Assembly (NCBI GenBank): GCA_015661155.1
Contig: JACVQK010000035.1
Coordinates: forward strand, 1-54,468
Direction: 5' to 3'
Length of the DNA stretch: 54,468 bases
Source: Dehalococcoidia bacterium
GTDB lineage: Bacteria; Chloroflexota; Dehalococcoidia; Lucifugimonadales; UBA2985
In this document: positions 38,399-46,384 of the stretch, piece by piece
Numbering within the stretch: the stretch's first letter is position 1
Layout of the letters: each line of letters opens with the position of its first letter
The notes under the pieces: model-generated
What the model was told of the DNA's origin: nothing
Databases searched by the model: none
The model's input: only the letters and a program-made list of their open reading frames with translations
Made by a program: the position numbers and the translations under genes

Positions 38399-38965
38399 CT
38401 AAGTCACACCATGGCAGCGCTTGTATTTTTTCCCGCTCCCGCATGGGCATGGTTGATTTCTACCAACTTTGGTCATTGTGGGCTGATTGCTCTGAGAGGC
38501 CTTGCCGGTGAAATCTATGCGCTCAACTGATGGCGTCCTAAACGAAAATACTGTTTGGTCGTTCAGATTGGTAACTGCAAAATCACCTCTTCCAATCACA
38601 TCCATACCGACCAAGATTTCTGGAGCTCCTGAAAGTATCCCCTTCGACACTATCAGTGATGGGATATATACAAAGTTCGGGAGGAACAAGCCTACCAAGA
38701 ATGTCTCTGTAGTGTGGTGTCCCTGCGGAGTATGTACTTCTACGATACCAGTAGGTTGTAGTTGACACTCATCAACGACAGTCTGTGTAATAACCGAATT
38801 AGTAGCGCCAGTATCCCAGACGGCTGTATATTCCCTTGCGGAATCCGACGGGATATGTACTGCAGGGTCAAAGGCTGACGAAATCCTTACTTTGCTCTCT
38901 AGGACATTGGATTTGCCATTGTATCCAGTAGTAAAGGACTTGACCAGCACGAGCGGAGATACCAC
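38399..38965 (-). CDS. Retropepsin-like (clan AA) aspartic protease with C-terminal SEC-C metal-binding motif
   Basis: DTGAT active-site motif ([12 protein letters not shown]), a downstream [13 protein letters not shown] motif, and a C-terminal [19 protein letters not shown] is visibly lower than in the flanks. Confidence 0.8.
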   Translation of the reverse strand: MVSPLVLVKSFTTGYNGKSNVLESKVRISSAFDPAVHIPSDSAREYTAVWDTGATNSVITQTVVDECQLQPTGIVEVHTPQGHHTTETFLVGLFLPNFVYIPSLIVSKGILSGAPEILVGMDVIGRGDFAVTNLNDQTVFSFRTPSVERIDFTGKASQSNQPTMTKVGRNQPCPCGSGKKYKRCHGVT

Positions 38966-38977
38966 AGAGAGTGCCTC

Positions 38978-39229
38978 TTATTGAATCAAGACGCGGGACT
39001 GAAACACTTGTGGTTTGGATTCCTCTGGTGTCGCACATCTCTGAACAAGAAATGACCCAAGCGGGTGTGTCCTCTTTGTCTCCTCAACTGCAGCCAGTTC
39101 GGAATCAAAAACACCGATAATCTCCTGTCCCTTAATCACCAAGACTTTACCATTGTACTCTTCGGCTAACACCCGCTGGTTTGCCCGATAGTACTCGTAC
39201 TCTTTTTCTAGATCAGACATATCCTTCAC
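38978..39229 (-). CDS. Small hypothetical protein (83 aa) co-transcribed with the aspartic protease; possibly DUF5678-like
   Basis: ORF with an SD (GGGGGTGA) and 12-nt spacing to the protease gene. The helical N-terminus plus GKVLVIKGQEIIGVFDS segment recalls small DUF5678-type proteins. This is from memory and unverified. Confidence 0.6.
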   Translation of the reverse strand: MKDMSDLEKEYEYYRANQRVLAEEYNGKVLVIKGQEIIGVFDSELAAVEETKRTHPLGSFLVQRCATPEESKPQVFQSRVLIQ

Positions 39230-39330
39230 CCCCGCAATCTAAATTGTACCACATAATGCCCTGCTTGATATTGACAATGCTTGAGGGCGTGACGAGTGAA
39301 CCTTATCGGCTTTCGCGTTCCCTCGGTCAC

Positions 39331-40352
39331 TTATAGCACCACCATCCCATCCCCGAAGCTGAAGAGGCGGTAGCCCTCGCGTATGGCCTCATGGTAGGCT
39401 TGCATAACCAGGTCGCGCCCGGCAAAGGCGCACACCAGCATCAGGAGCGTTGAGCGGGGCAGGTGGAAGTTGGTGATGAGGCCATCCACCAGGCGAAAGG
39501 GGTGGCCCGGCAGGATGAACAGGTCCGCCCATCCGGAGCAGGGGGCCAGGGGAGCATCGCCCTTTTCTTGAGCGAGGAGGGCGGCGTGCTCCAGCACCCG
39601 CACGGCGGTGGTTCCCACGCACACTACGCGTCTGCCCTCTGTACGGGCCAGGTTTATCTCCCGGGCCGCATCCTCTCCAGCTCGAAGCGCTCGGAGTGGA
39701 GCTTGTGCTGCTCCGGCTCCTCAGACTTCACAGGCCGGAAGGTGTCCAGGCCCACGTGCAGGGTCACGGAGGCGAACCGGACGCCCCTCTGGCGGAGGCT
39801 CTCCAGCAGCTCCGGGGTGAAGTGCAGGCCCGCGGTGGGGGCGGCGGCGCTGCCCTCCGCCCTGGCGTACACGGTCTGGTAGCGCTCCCGGTCGGCCAGA
39901 GGGGTGTGGATGTAGGGGGGCAGGGGCACCTCGCCGGCGCGCTGGATGACCCCCTCGTCGGAGAGAGAGACCAGTCGGGTCCCTTCGCCGGTATCCTCCG
40001 TGACCTCTCCCACGGCTCCATCCACCACGAACCGTGCTCCCCGCCCCATGCGTCGCCCCGGCTTTACCAGGGCCTCCCACAGCCCGGCGTCCCGGCGGTG
40101 CAGCAGGAGAACCTCCACCGCGCCTCCGGTGTCCAGCTTCCGGCCCCTGAGGCGGGCGGGAATGACGCGGCTGTCGTTGAGCACCAGCAAGTCGCCCTCC
40201 TGGAGGTAATCGCCGACCTGGTAGAAGCGGCGATGTGCCAGGTCGCCGGTGGAGCGGTTCACCACCAGGAGGCGGGAGTGGTCCCGGGGCTCCACGGGGG
40301 TCTGGGCGATGAGGTGCCGGGGCAGAGGGTAGTCGAAGTCGCTGGTGCGCAT
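39331..40352 (-). pseudogene. queA: S-adenosylmethionine:tRNA ribosyltransferase-isomerase QueA, disrupted by a 1-nt frameshift near 39670-39680
   Basis: The N-part reads MRTSDFDYPLP...HKLHSERFELE and then a premature stop at 39654. A frame shifted by 1 nt continues DAAREINLARTEGRRVVCVGTTAVRVLEHA...FSFGDGMVVL. Confidence 0.85.
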
Positions 40353-40363
40353 GGCTCTAACAG

Positions 40364-40578
40364 GGTCTGAAATACTCTTTCGACCATCCCCCTGGCCCCC
40401 TTCCTGTCCAGGAAGGGCGAGCCCTGCACCCACACTCAACTGTCGCTGTCCTGGTCTGACCATGTTCTACGGTTCGTGAGATGTGGGTCTGGGCTACGCC
40501 CAGTCTGAGGGACACCCTCAGACTCCCGGCAGAGGGGCGAAGCCCCTCTGCACTCCCCGTTTTTCCGCAGCCTGCTAG
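40364..40578 (+). repeat. MITE-like composite element (5' TIR missing) with the second TIR element nested inside (~40417-40496)
   Basis: CGACCATCCCCCTGGCCCCCTTCCTG... | GGGCGAGCCCTGCACCCACACTC...GTGAGATGTGGGTCTGGGC | ...GCAGAGGGGCGAAGCCCCTCTGC...TTTTTCCGCAGCCTGCTAG. Confidence 0.85.
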
Positions 40579-40656
40579 CTCTGGAGTAGGTACAGGGACA
40601 CTCTCGGAAGGAGGGTCAACCCCGGGCTGGCAAGAAGGGGCCAGGAGCGGCCGGGT

Positions 40657-41490
40657 TCAGGAGCCAGCCTTGTGTTGTGCCGCCTTGAGGGTGTTGGACA
40701 GGAGCATGGCGATGGTCATGGGCCCCACTCCTCCGGGAACGGGCGTGATGGCCGCGGCCTTCTTCGAGACGGCCTCGAAGTCCACGTCGCCCTCCAGGTG
40801 ATAGCCTTGCTTCTTGGTGGGGTCATTCACCGCGTTGATGCCCACGTCTATCACCACAACCCCCTCCTTCACCATGTCGGTAATCTGGGCCAGGTTTTTT
40901 GTCCCGGTGTGGCATATGGTAACGGTGGCGTTGGCCCCGGGGTTCTTCTGCATCAGGAGAATGGAGATGGGCTTACCGACGATGTTGCTGCGCCCGCAAA
41001 CCACGACGTTTTTCCCTTCGGGGCTGTAGCCGTACCGCAGAAGGAGCTGCTGGGCACCCGCGGGGGTGCAGGGGATGAAGGTGGGAGCTCCCTCCACCAG
41101 ATGGCCCACGTTCACCGGGTGCAGCCCATCGACGTCCTTGGCTGGGTCGAGGGCGAAGATGGCGCGGCGTTCGTCTATCTGGGGCGGCAGGGGAAGCTGC
41201 ACCAGTATCCCGTGGAAGCGGTCATCGTGGTTGAGTTTGCCGATTAGCTTCAAGACCTCTTCCTGAGAGGCGGCCTGGGGCATTTTGAAGGTCTCGCTGA
41301 ACATCCCCACCTCTTGGCAGGCGCGTCCCTTGTTGCGCACGTATACGGCTGAGGCGGGATTGTCTCCCACCAGCACCACTGCCAGGCCAGGGGTGAGGCC
41401 ATGCTTGGCTTGTAGCTCTTTCACTCCCTCGGCCACTTCGTTGCGGATATCCTGGGCGATCTTGGTGCCGTCGATGATCTGCGCGCTCAC
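40657..41490 (-). CDS. folD: Bifunctional methylenetetrahydrofolate dehydrogenase/cyclohydrolase FolD, lacking a conserved ~17-aa segment
   Basis: MSAQIIDGTKIA...YVRNKGRAC...GRSNIVGKP...PVPGGVGPMTIAML. It reads CHTGTKNLAQ-ITDMVKEGVVVIDVG where homologues carry ...ADILVxAxGxPxx... between the two parts. Confidence 0.9.
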   Translation of the reverse strand: MSAQIIDGTKIAQDIRNEVAEGVKELQAKHGLTPGLAVVLVGDNPASAVYVRNKGRACQEVGMFSETFKMPQAASQEEVLKLIGKLNHDDRFHGILVQLPLPPQIDERRAIFALDPAKDVDGLHPVNVGHLVEGAPTFIPCTPAGAQQLLLRYGYSPEGKNVVVCGRSNIVGKPISILLMQKNPGANATVTICHTGTKNLAQITDMVKEGVVVIDVGINAVNDPTKKQGYHLEGDVDFEAVSKKAAAITPVPGGVGPMTIAMLLSNTLKAAQHKAGS

Positions 41491-41521
41491 ATTTCACCTC
41501 TAGTGCTAGAAATCACAAGGC

Positions 41522-41556
41522 ATTATAGCACAGGCTTGATGTCCACAACAACGCCC
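41522..41556 (-). promoter_or_regulatory. Candidate folD promoter (extended -10)
   Basis: The reverse strand shows TTGTTG, an 18-nt spacer, then TGcTATAAT. The TATAAT is at 41522-41527 on the + strand. An SD AGAGGTGA precedes GTG 41490. Confidence 0.4.
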
Positions 41557-41559
41557 TGG

Positions 41560-41589
41560 TGGACATATCCCGTGGCGCGAGAATATAAT
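41560..41589 (+). promoter_or_regulatory. Candidate rightward promoter (acpS-nnr operon), which would transcribe through the repeat at 41623
   Basis: TGGACA (41560-41565), an 18-nt spacer, then TATAAT (41584-41589). Confidence 0.35.
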
Positions 41590-41622
41590 GGGGCATCCCG
41601 GCAGGACCGGAATGGGTTCTCT

Positions 41623-41834
41623 CTAAGGCTGCGGAAAAATGGGGAGTGCAGAGGGGCAAAGCCCCTTTGGCGGGGGTCTGGGGGTGTCCCCCAGACTGGG
41701 CTTGGCCCAGACCCACACCTCACGAACCGTAGAACATGGTCAGACCAGGGCAGCGACAGTTGAGTGTGGGTGCAGGGCTCGCCCTGCCTGGCCAGAAGGG
41801 GGCCAGGGGGATGGTCGAAAGGGTATTTAGCACT
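41623..41834 (-). repeat. MITE-like composite element with nested second element; inverted partner of 40364-40578
   Basis: By eye, its reverse complement aligns along the whole length with 40364-40578 with few substitutions, including the nested segment. Confidence 0.85.
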
Positions 41835-41876
41835 CTTCTATAAGACCCTGGGAGTCAGATTCCCGGAGGTTTATGC

Positions 41877-42257
41877 ATGTTGACCACCGGGGTGGACATA
41901 GTAGAGATCTCGCGGATTGGGGACATGGTGGAACGCTGGGGGCAGCGGTTCCTCGACCGAGTATACACTCCGGGGGAGCAGGCCTTCAGCCGGGGGCGCA
42001 TACCCCAGCTGGCAGCCAGGTTTGCCGCCAAGGAGGCCGTTATGAAGGCCCTGGGCACCGGCATTCGGGGTGTGGGATGGCGAGAGGTGGAGGTCATCCG
42101 AAGAAGGGGTCGGCCTCCAGAGGTGGCCCTTCACGGCCGGGCCATCTCTCGAGCTACGGGCATGGGGGTATCCCAGGTGGCCATCAGCCTATCCCACTCC
42201 AGGGATTACGCCATAGCCTCTGTTGTGATGAGCATAGATGAAAATAGTCACCACTGA
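41877..42257 (+). CDS. acpS: Holo-[acyl-carrier-protein] synthase
   Basis: GVDIVEISRI...RFAAKEAVMKALG...ISLSHSRDYAIA. Confidence 0.93.
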   Translation: MLTTGVDIVEISRIGDMVERWGQRFLDRVYTPGEQAFSRGRIPQLAARFAAKEAVMKALGTGIRGVGWREVEVIRRRGRPPEVALHGRAISRATGMGVSQVAISLSHSRDYAIASVVMSIDENSHH

Positions 42258-43806
42258 GGAGATGCGCTGGCTGGAGGAGCGGTGTGCCCAGGAGGGGATC
42301 TCCAACGACGCTCTGATGGAGAAGGCGGGACTGGCTGTGGCCCAGAAAACCCGGGAGTTCCTGGGCGATGTCCGGGGTGTGCCCCTCCTGGTCCTGGTGG
42401 GCCCTGGCAATAACGGTGGCGATGGGCTGGTGGCCGCCCGTCACCTCAGCGATTGGGGCGCGGAGGTGGCCGTTTACCTCTCTCTTCCACGGAAAGAGGA
42501 TGACCCCAAGTACAAGCTGCTGGAGAGCCGCGATATCGCCACTTACAGGGCGGCGGAGGATGGGGATTTCTCTGCGCTGAGGGGCCTGCTTGCCAGCAGC
42601 CGGTTGGTCATAGACGCCATCCTGGGTACGGGGAGAGGGCGACCTCTGGAGGGGGCGCTGGCAGGGATTCTCTCCCACCTGGCCGACGCCAGGGCTCGTC
42701 GATCCCAGCTGAGGCTTCTGGCCCTGGACCTGCCCACGGGGCTCGACGCTGATACGGGGGAGGTGGACCCCCTCTGCCCCACCGCGGACGTGACGGTAAC
42801 CCTGGGATATCCTAAAGTGGGGCTTTTCGCGTTCCCGGGGGGCACTCATGTGGGGCGACTGGAGGTGGTGGACATCGGTATACCTCCACACCTGGCAAGG
42901 GACGTGCCCCAAGAGCTTATCACCCCGGATTGGGTAAGGCAGACCCTTCCCCAGAGACCCATGGATGCCCACAAGGGCACCTTTGGACGGGTGCTGGTGA
43001 TGGCGGGATCGATTAGCTACATAGGGGCGGCATATCTGGCCTGCGAGGGAGCGGCCAGAGTTGGCGCTGGGCTGGTAACCCTGGCCGCTCCCCGAAGCCT
43101 GATACCCATTCTTGCCAGCAAGCTCATCGAGACAACCTACCTGCTTCTGCCTGAGGAGGAAGGCATCCTATCTCCCGCGGCCTCAGAGGTGTTCCTCTCG
43201 GAAGCGCCCGGCTATCAGGCCCTGCTGGTGGGCTGTGGCCTGGGTCAGAGACCTGAGGTAGCCGGGCTCCTGGGGCAAGCTCTCCTGTCGGCCCGTCGCC
43301 CTGAAATACCCGTGGTGCTGGATGCCGACGCCTTGAACCTCATGTCCCAAATCCCTGAGTGGTGGCTGCGACTGAGGGGAGAGGCTGTCCTTACACCTCA
43401 CCCCGGAGAGATGTCCCGGCTCACGGGGCAGAGCACGGTGGAGATTCAGAGGAGCCGTCTGAGCATCGCCAGGGAGAAGGCAGCGCAGTGGAACAAGGTG
43501 GTGGCGTTGAAAGGAGCGTATACGGTGGTGAGCTCCCCGGGAGGCCAGGCGCGAATAAGCCCCTTCGCAAATCCGGGTCTCGCCTCCGGGGGGACCGGGG
43601 ATGTCCTGGCTGGGGCCATTGCCGGGCTTTTGTCCCAGGGTCTCTCCACCTTTGACGCCGCCTCCTGTGGAGTATACCTTCACGGCGCTGCCGGAGAGCA
43701 GGTGAGACGGGAGATGGGGGATACGGGCATGGTGGCCAGCGACCTGCTGCCGCGGCTTCCCCTGGTCATCAAGCAGCTGAGGGAGGGGACTCTCGACTGG
43801 GCTTAG
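42238..43806 (+). CDS. nnr: Bifunctional NAD(P)H-hydrate repair enzyme Nnr (epimerase + ADP-dependent dehydratase)
   Basis: YjeF-N domain (GPGNNGGDGLVAARHL) and a carbohydrate-kinase domain (HKGTFGRVLVMAGS...GGTGDVLAG). Confidence 0.93.
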   Translation: MKIVTTEEMRWLEERCAQEGISNDALMEKAGLAVAQKTREFLGDVRGVPLLVLVGPGNNGGDGLVAARHLSDWGAEVAVYLSLPRKEDDPKYKLLESRDIATYRAAEDGDFSALRGLLASSRLVIDAILGTGRGRPLEGALAGILSHLADARARRSQLRLLALDLPTGLDADTGEVDPLCPTADVTVTLGYPKVGLFAFPGGTHVGRLEVVDIGIPPHLARDVPQELITPDWVRQTLPQRPMDAHKGTFGRVLVMAGSISYIGAAYLACEGAARVGAGLVTLAAPRSLIPILASKLIETTYLLLPEEEGILSPAASEVFLSEAPGYQALLVGCGLGQRPEVAGLLGQALLSARRPEIPVVLDADALNLMSQIPEWWLRLRGEAVLTPHPGEMSRLTGQSTVEIQRSRLSIAREKAAQWNKVVALKGAYTVVSSPGGQARISPFANPGLASGGTGDVLAGAIAGLLSQGLSTFDAASCGVYLHGAAGEQVRREMGDTGMVASDLLPRLPLVIKQLREGTLDWA

Positions 43807-43999
43807 CCCAGACCCGCATCTCACGAACCCTGAATTCAGCCTGATTGTGGTCGCGTCACACTATCATGATATCATTCGGGGGTGCAGGGGGCGAAGCCCC
43901 CGCCGGGGGTCTGGGGGTGTCCCCCAGATTCAAATCCTCCCCCCTTCCTGGCCAGGAAGGGGGCTAGGGGGATGGTCGAAGGGGTTTTCAACGCCCTGC
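43806..43999 (-). repeat. MITE-like composite element preceded by the GCCCAGACCCGCATCTCACGAACC module
   Basis: GGGGGTCTGGGGGTGTCCCCCAGA, CCCCTTCCTGGCCAGGAAGGGG, GGGGGATGGTCGAAGGGGTTTTCAAC. It begins at the nnr stop codon. Confidence 0.8.
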
Positions 44000-44048
44000 C
44001 AGTTGATGCGTAGATGTGACTTCGGTATAATCTTCTTGGAGATGACCT

Positions 44049-44849
44049 ATGCTGTTGGCAATAGATATCGGTAACACCAATGTGACCATGGGGGTCTTTC
44101 GGGAGGAGGAGCTTCTAGCCACGTGGCGTCTGGCGACGGACACCCGCAAGATGCCCGATGAGTACGCCCTGCTCATCCGAAGCCTGCTCCCCCTCAAGGG
44201 AGTGGCCTCTCAGGACATAGACAGTATAGCCCTGTGCAGCGTGGTGCCGCCGTTGACCCAGGCCTTCGAGGAGATGAGCCGCGTCTATTTCGGCATTGAT
44301 CCCCTGGTGGTGGGGACAGGTATTCGAACTGGAGTACGCATCCTCTACGACAACCCTCGGGACGTGGGGGCCGACCGCGTGGTGGATGCCGTCGCCGCGT
44401 ACCAACTCTACGGCGGCCCGGTCATCGTGGTGGACTTCGGCACAGCCACGGTTTTCGATGCCGTCTCCCGGGAGGGAGACTACCTGGGGGGCGCCATCGC
44501 CCTGGGGATTAACCTCTCCGCGGAGGTGCTCTTCGAGCGCACATCTCAGCTGCGGCGCATCGAGATGGCCTCCCCCAAGGTGGCCATAGGTCGCAACACG
44601 CCGGCCAGCATCCAATCGGGCATCATCTTCGGGCACGTCGGCATGGTCGAGGCCATGGTGCGCCGATTCAAGGCGGAGCTGGGGGAGGATGCCAGGGTTG
44701 TGGCCACTGGCGGCCTGGCACCCTTGATCTTCAAAGAGACCCCCATTTTCGATGCGGTGAACCTGGACCTCACCCTTGTCGGCCTCCGTCTCATCTACGA
44801 GATCAACGCCAGAGCCAAGGCCACCCAGGCTGGAGAGGAGCATGCCTAG
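44049..44849 (+). CDS. coaX: Type III pantothenate kinase
   Basis: MLLAIDIGNTNVTMG...VVDFGTATVFD...ATGGLA. Confidence 0.94.
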   Translation: MLLAIDIGNTNVTMGVFREEELLATWRLATDTRKMPDEYALLIRSLLPLKGVASQDIDSIALCSVVPPLTQAFEEMSRVYFGIDPLVVGTGIRTGVRILYDNPRDVGADRVVDAVAAYQLYGGPVIVVDFGTATVFDAVSREGDYLGGAIALGINLSAEVLFERTSQLRRIEMASPKVAIGRNTPASIQSGIIFGHVGMVEAMVRRFKAELGEDARVVATGGLAPLIFKETPIFDAVNLDLTLVGLRLIYEINARAKATQAGEEHA

Positions 44850-46050
44850 CCCTCTTTCAGGTAGCAGCGTTATCCTGGGGGTGACAGGCAGCATCGCCTG
44901 CTACAAGGCCGCCGACCTGGCCAGCAAGCTAACCCAGGAAGGCGCTCATGTGGACGTGATCCTGACCCAGGGTGCCAGCAACTTCATCACCCCGCTGACC
45001 TTCCGGAGCCTGACCCACAGACCCGTGGTTGGCGACCTGTTCGATCCCCAGTCGGAGCTGGCGGTGGAGCACGTGGCCCTGGCCCAAAGGGCAGACATCA
45101 TCATCGTGGCCCCCGCTACGGCCCACGTCCTGGCGAAGCTGGCCCACGGCATGGCCGACGATGCCCTCACCGCCACAATCCTGGCCTCCTCCGCCCCCCT
45201 GGCCGTTGCACCGGCCATGGACGGCCACATGTACACCAATCCCGCCACTCAGGAGAACCTGAGCAAGCTTCGGGAAAGGGGGGTGACCATCATAGGGCCG
45301 GCGGAGGGATACCTGGCTTCAGGTCTCAGAGGAATCGGACGCCTGGTGGAGGTGCCCCAGATAGTGGAGAGCCTCTGCGCTATTCTGGGTCGCCGGGGAG
45401 ACCTGGCGGGCAAATCGGTGGTGGTCAGCGCTGGAGGCACCGCGGAGCCTATAGACCCCGTGAGGGTGATAACCAACCGCTCATCGGGGAAGATGGGGTA
45501 CGCCGTGGCTCAGGCGGCCCGGGACAGGGGAGCCAGAGTGACCATGGTTACCGCTCCCACGTCCCTTCCGGACCCCGTGGGTGTGGAGACGGTTCACGTC
45601 GGGACCGCCCTGGAGATGAGGGATGCCATCTTCAGGGCGTGCGAGGATGGGGACGTGCTCATCATGGCCGCGGCGGTGGCCGACTACAGGCCGGTTAGCG
45701 TCGCAGAGCAGAAGATAAAGAAGGGCGGGGAGCGCTGGAGCATCGAGCTTATCAAGAACCCCGACATTCTGGCGGAGGCCCCCGGCCGGGTGCTGAAGGT
45801 GGGGTTTGCCGCGGAGAGCCAGGACCTTCTGGAAAACGCCCGGACGAAGCTGGTGGCCAAGGGCGTCGCCCTCATGGTGGCCAACGACATCACCGCCCCG
45901 GACAGCGGCTTTGCCGTGGACACCAATAAGGTGTACCTGGTGGACAGAGAGCGCGGGGTTGAAGAGCTGCCTCTGCTCAGCAAGTACGAGGTGGGCCACC
46001 GCATCCTGGACCGGGTGGTGGAGCTGCTGTCCGCCTCCGCCCTTTCTTGA
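44842..46050 (+). CDS. coaBC: Bifunctional phosphopantothenoylcysteine decarboxylase / phosphopantothenate-cysteine ligase
   Basis: ILGVTGSIACYKA...IVAPATAHVLAKLAHGMADD...ITNRSSGKMG...AAAVADYRP. ATG 44842 overlaps the coaX stop. Confidence 0.94.
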   Translation: MPSPLSGSSVILGVTGSIACYKAADLASKLTQEGAHVDVILTQGASNFITPLTFRSLTHRPVVGDLFDPQSELAVEHVALAQRADIIIVAPATAHVLAKLAHGMADDALTATILASSAPLAVAPAMDGHMYTNPATQENLSKLRERGVTIIGPAEGYLASGLRGIGRLVEVPQIVESLCAILGRRGDLAGKSVVVSAGGTAEPIDPVRVITNRSSGKMGYAVAQAARDRGARVTMVTAPTSLPDPVGVETVHVGTALEMRDAIFRACEDGDVLIMAAAVADYRPVSVAEQKIKKGGERWSIELIKNPDILAEAPGRVLKVGFAAESQDLLENARTKLVAKGVALMVANDITAPDSGFAVDTNKVYLVDRERGVEELPLLSKYEVGHRILDRVVELLSASALS

Positions 46051-46075
46051 CACCCCGTAGCCCCCGACTTACTCT

Positions 46076-46227
46076 TAGAGCGTGTTTTCAAAGATGATTG
46101 AAGGAGTCGAGGGGGCCACCCCCTCTCTGACTCTCCCCCGTTGCACGAGGGAGAGATATCCCTTCCCCCGTGAGCGGGGGAAGGTTAGGATGGGGGGCCT
46201 TCAGTGGCTTTGAAAACACCCTCGTAG
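46076..46227. repeat. Variant ~150-bp MITE-like element with TIRs TAGAGCGTGTTTTCAAAG / CTTTGAAAACACCCTCGTA and different internal palindromes
   Basis: Internal palindromes GAGGGGGCCACCCCCTC, CTCTCCC...GGGAGAG and CCTTCCCCCGTGAGCGGGGGAAGG. It ends 6 nt before tRNA-Met. Confidence 0.75.
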
Positions 46228-46233
46228 CTCTGA

Positions 46234-46308
<75 letters not shown>

Positions 46309-46384
46309 TATGTGAGAATGGCAAGAAGTTTGCCGAAGTCTCACAGCTTCCCCCGTGCCCTATCTAGCGAGAGGAGGAATTTGA

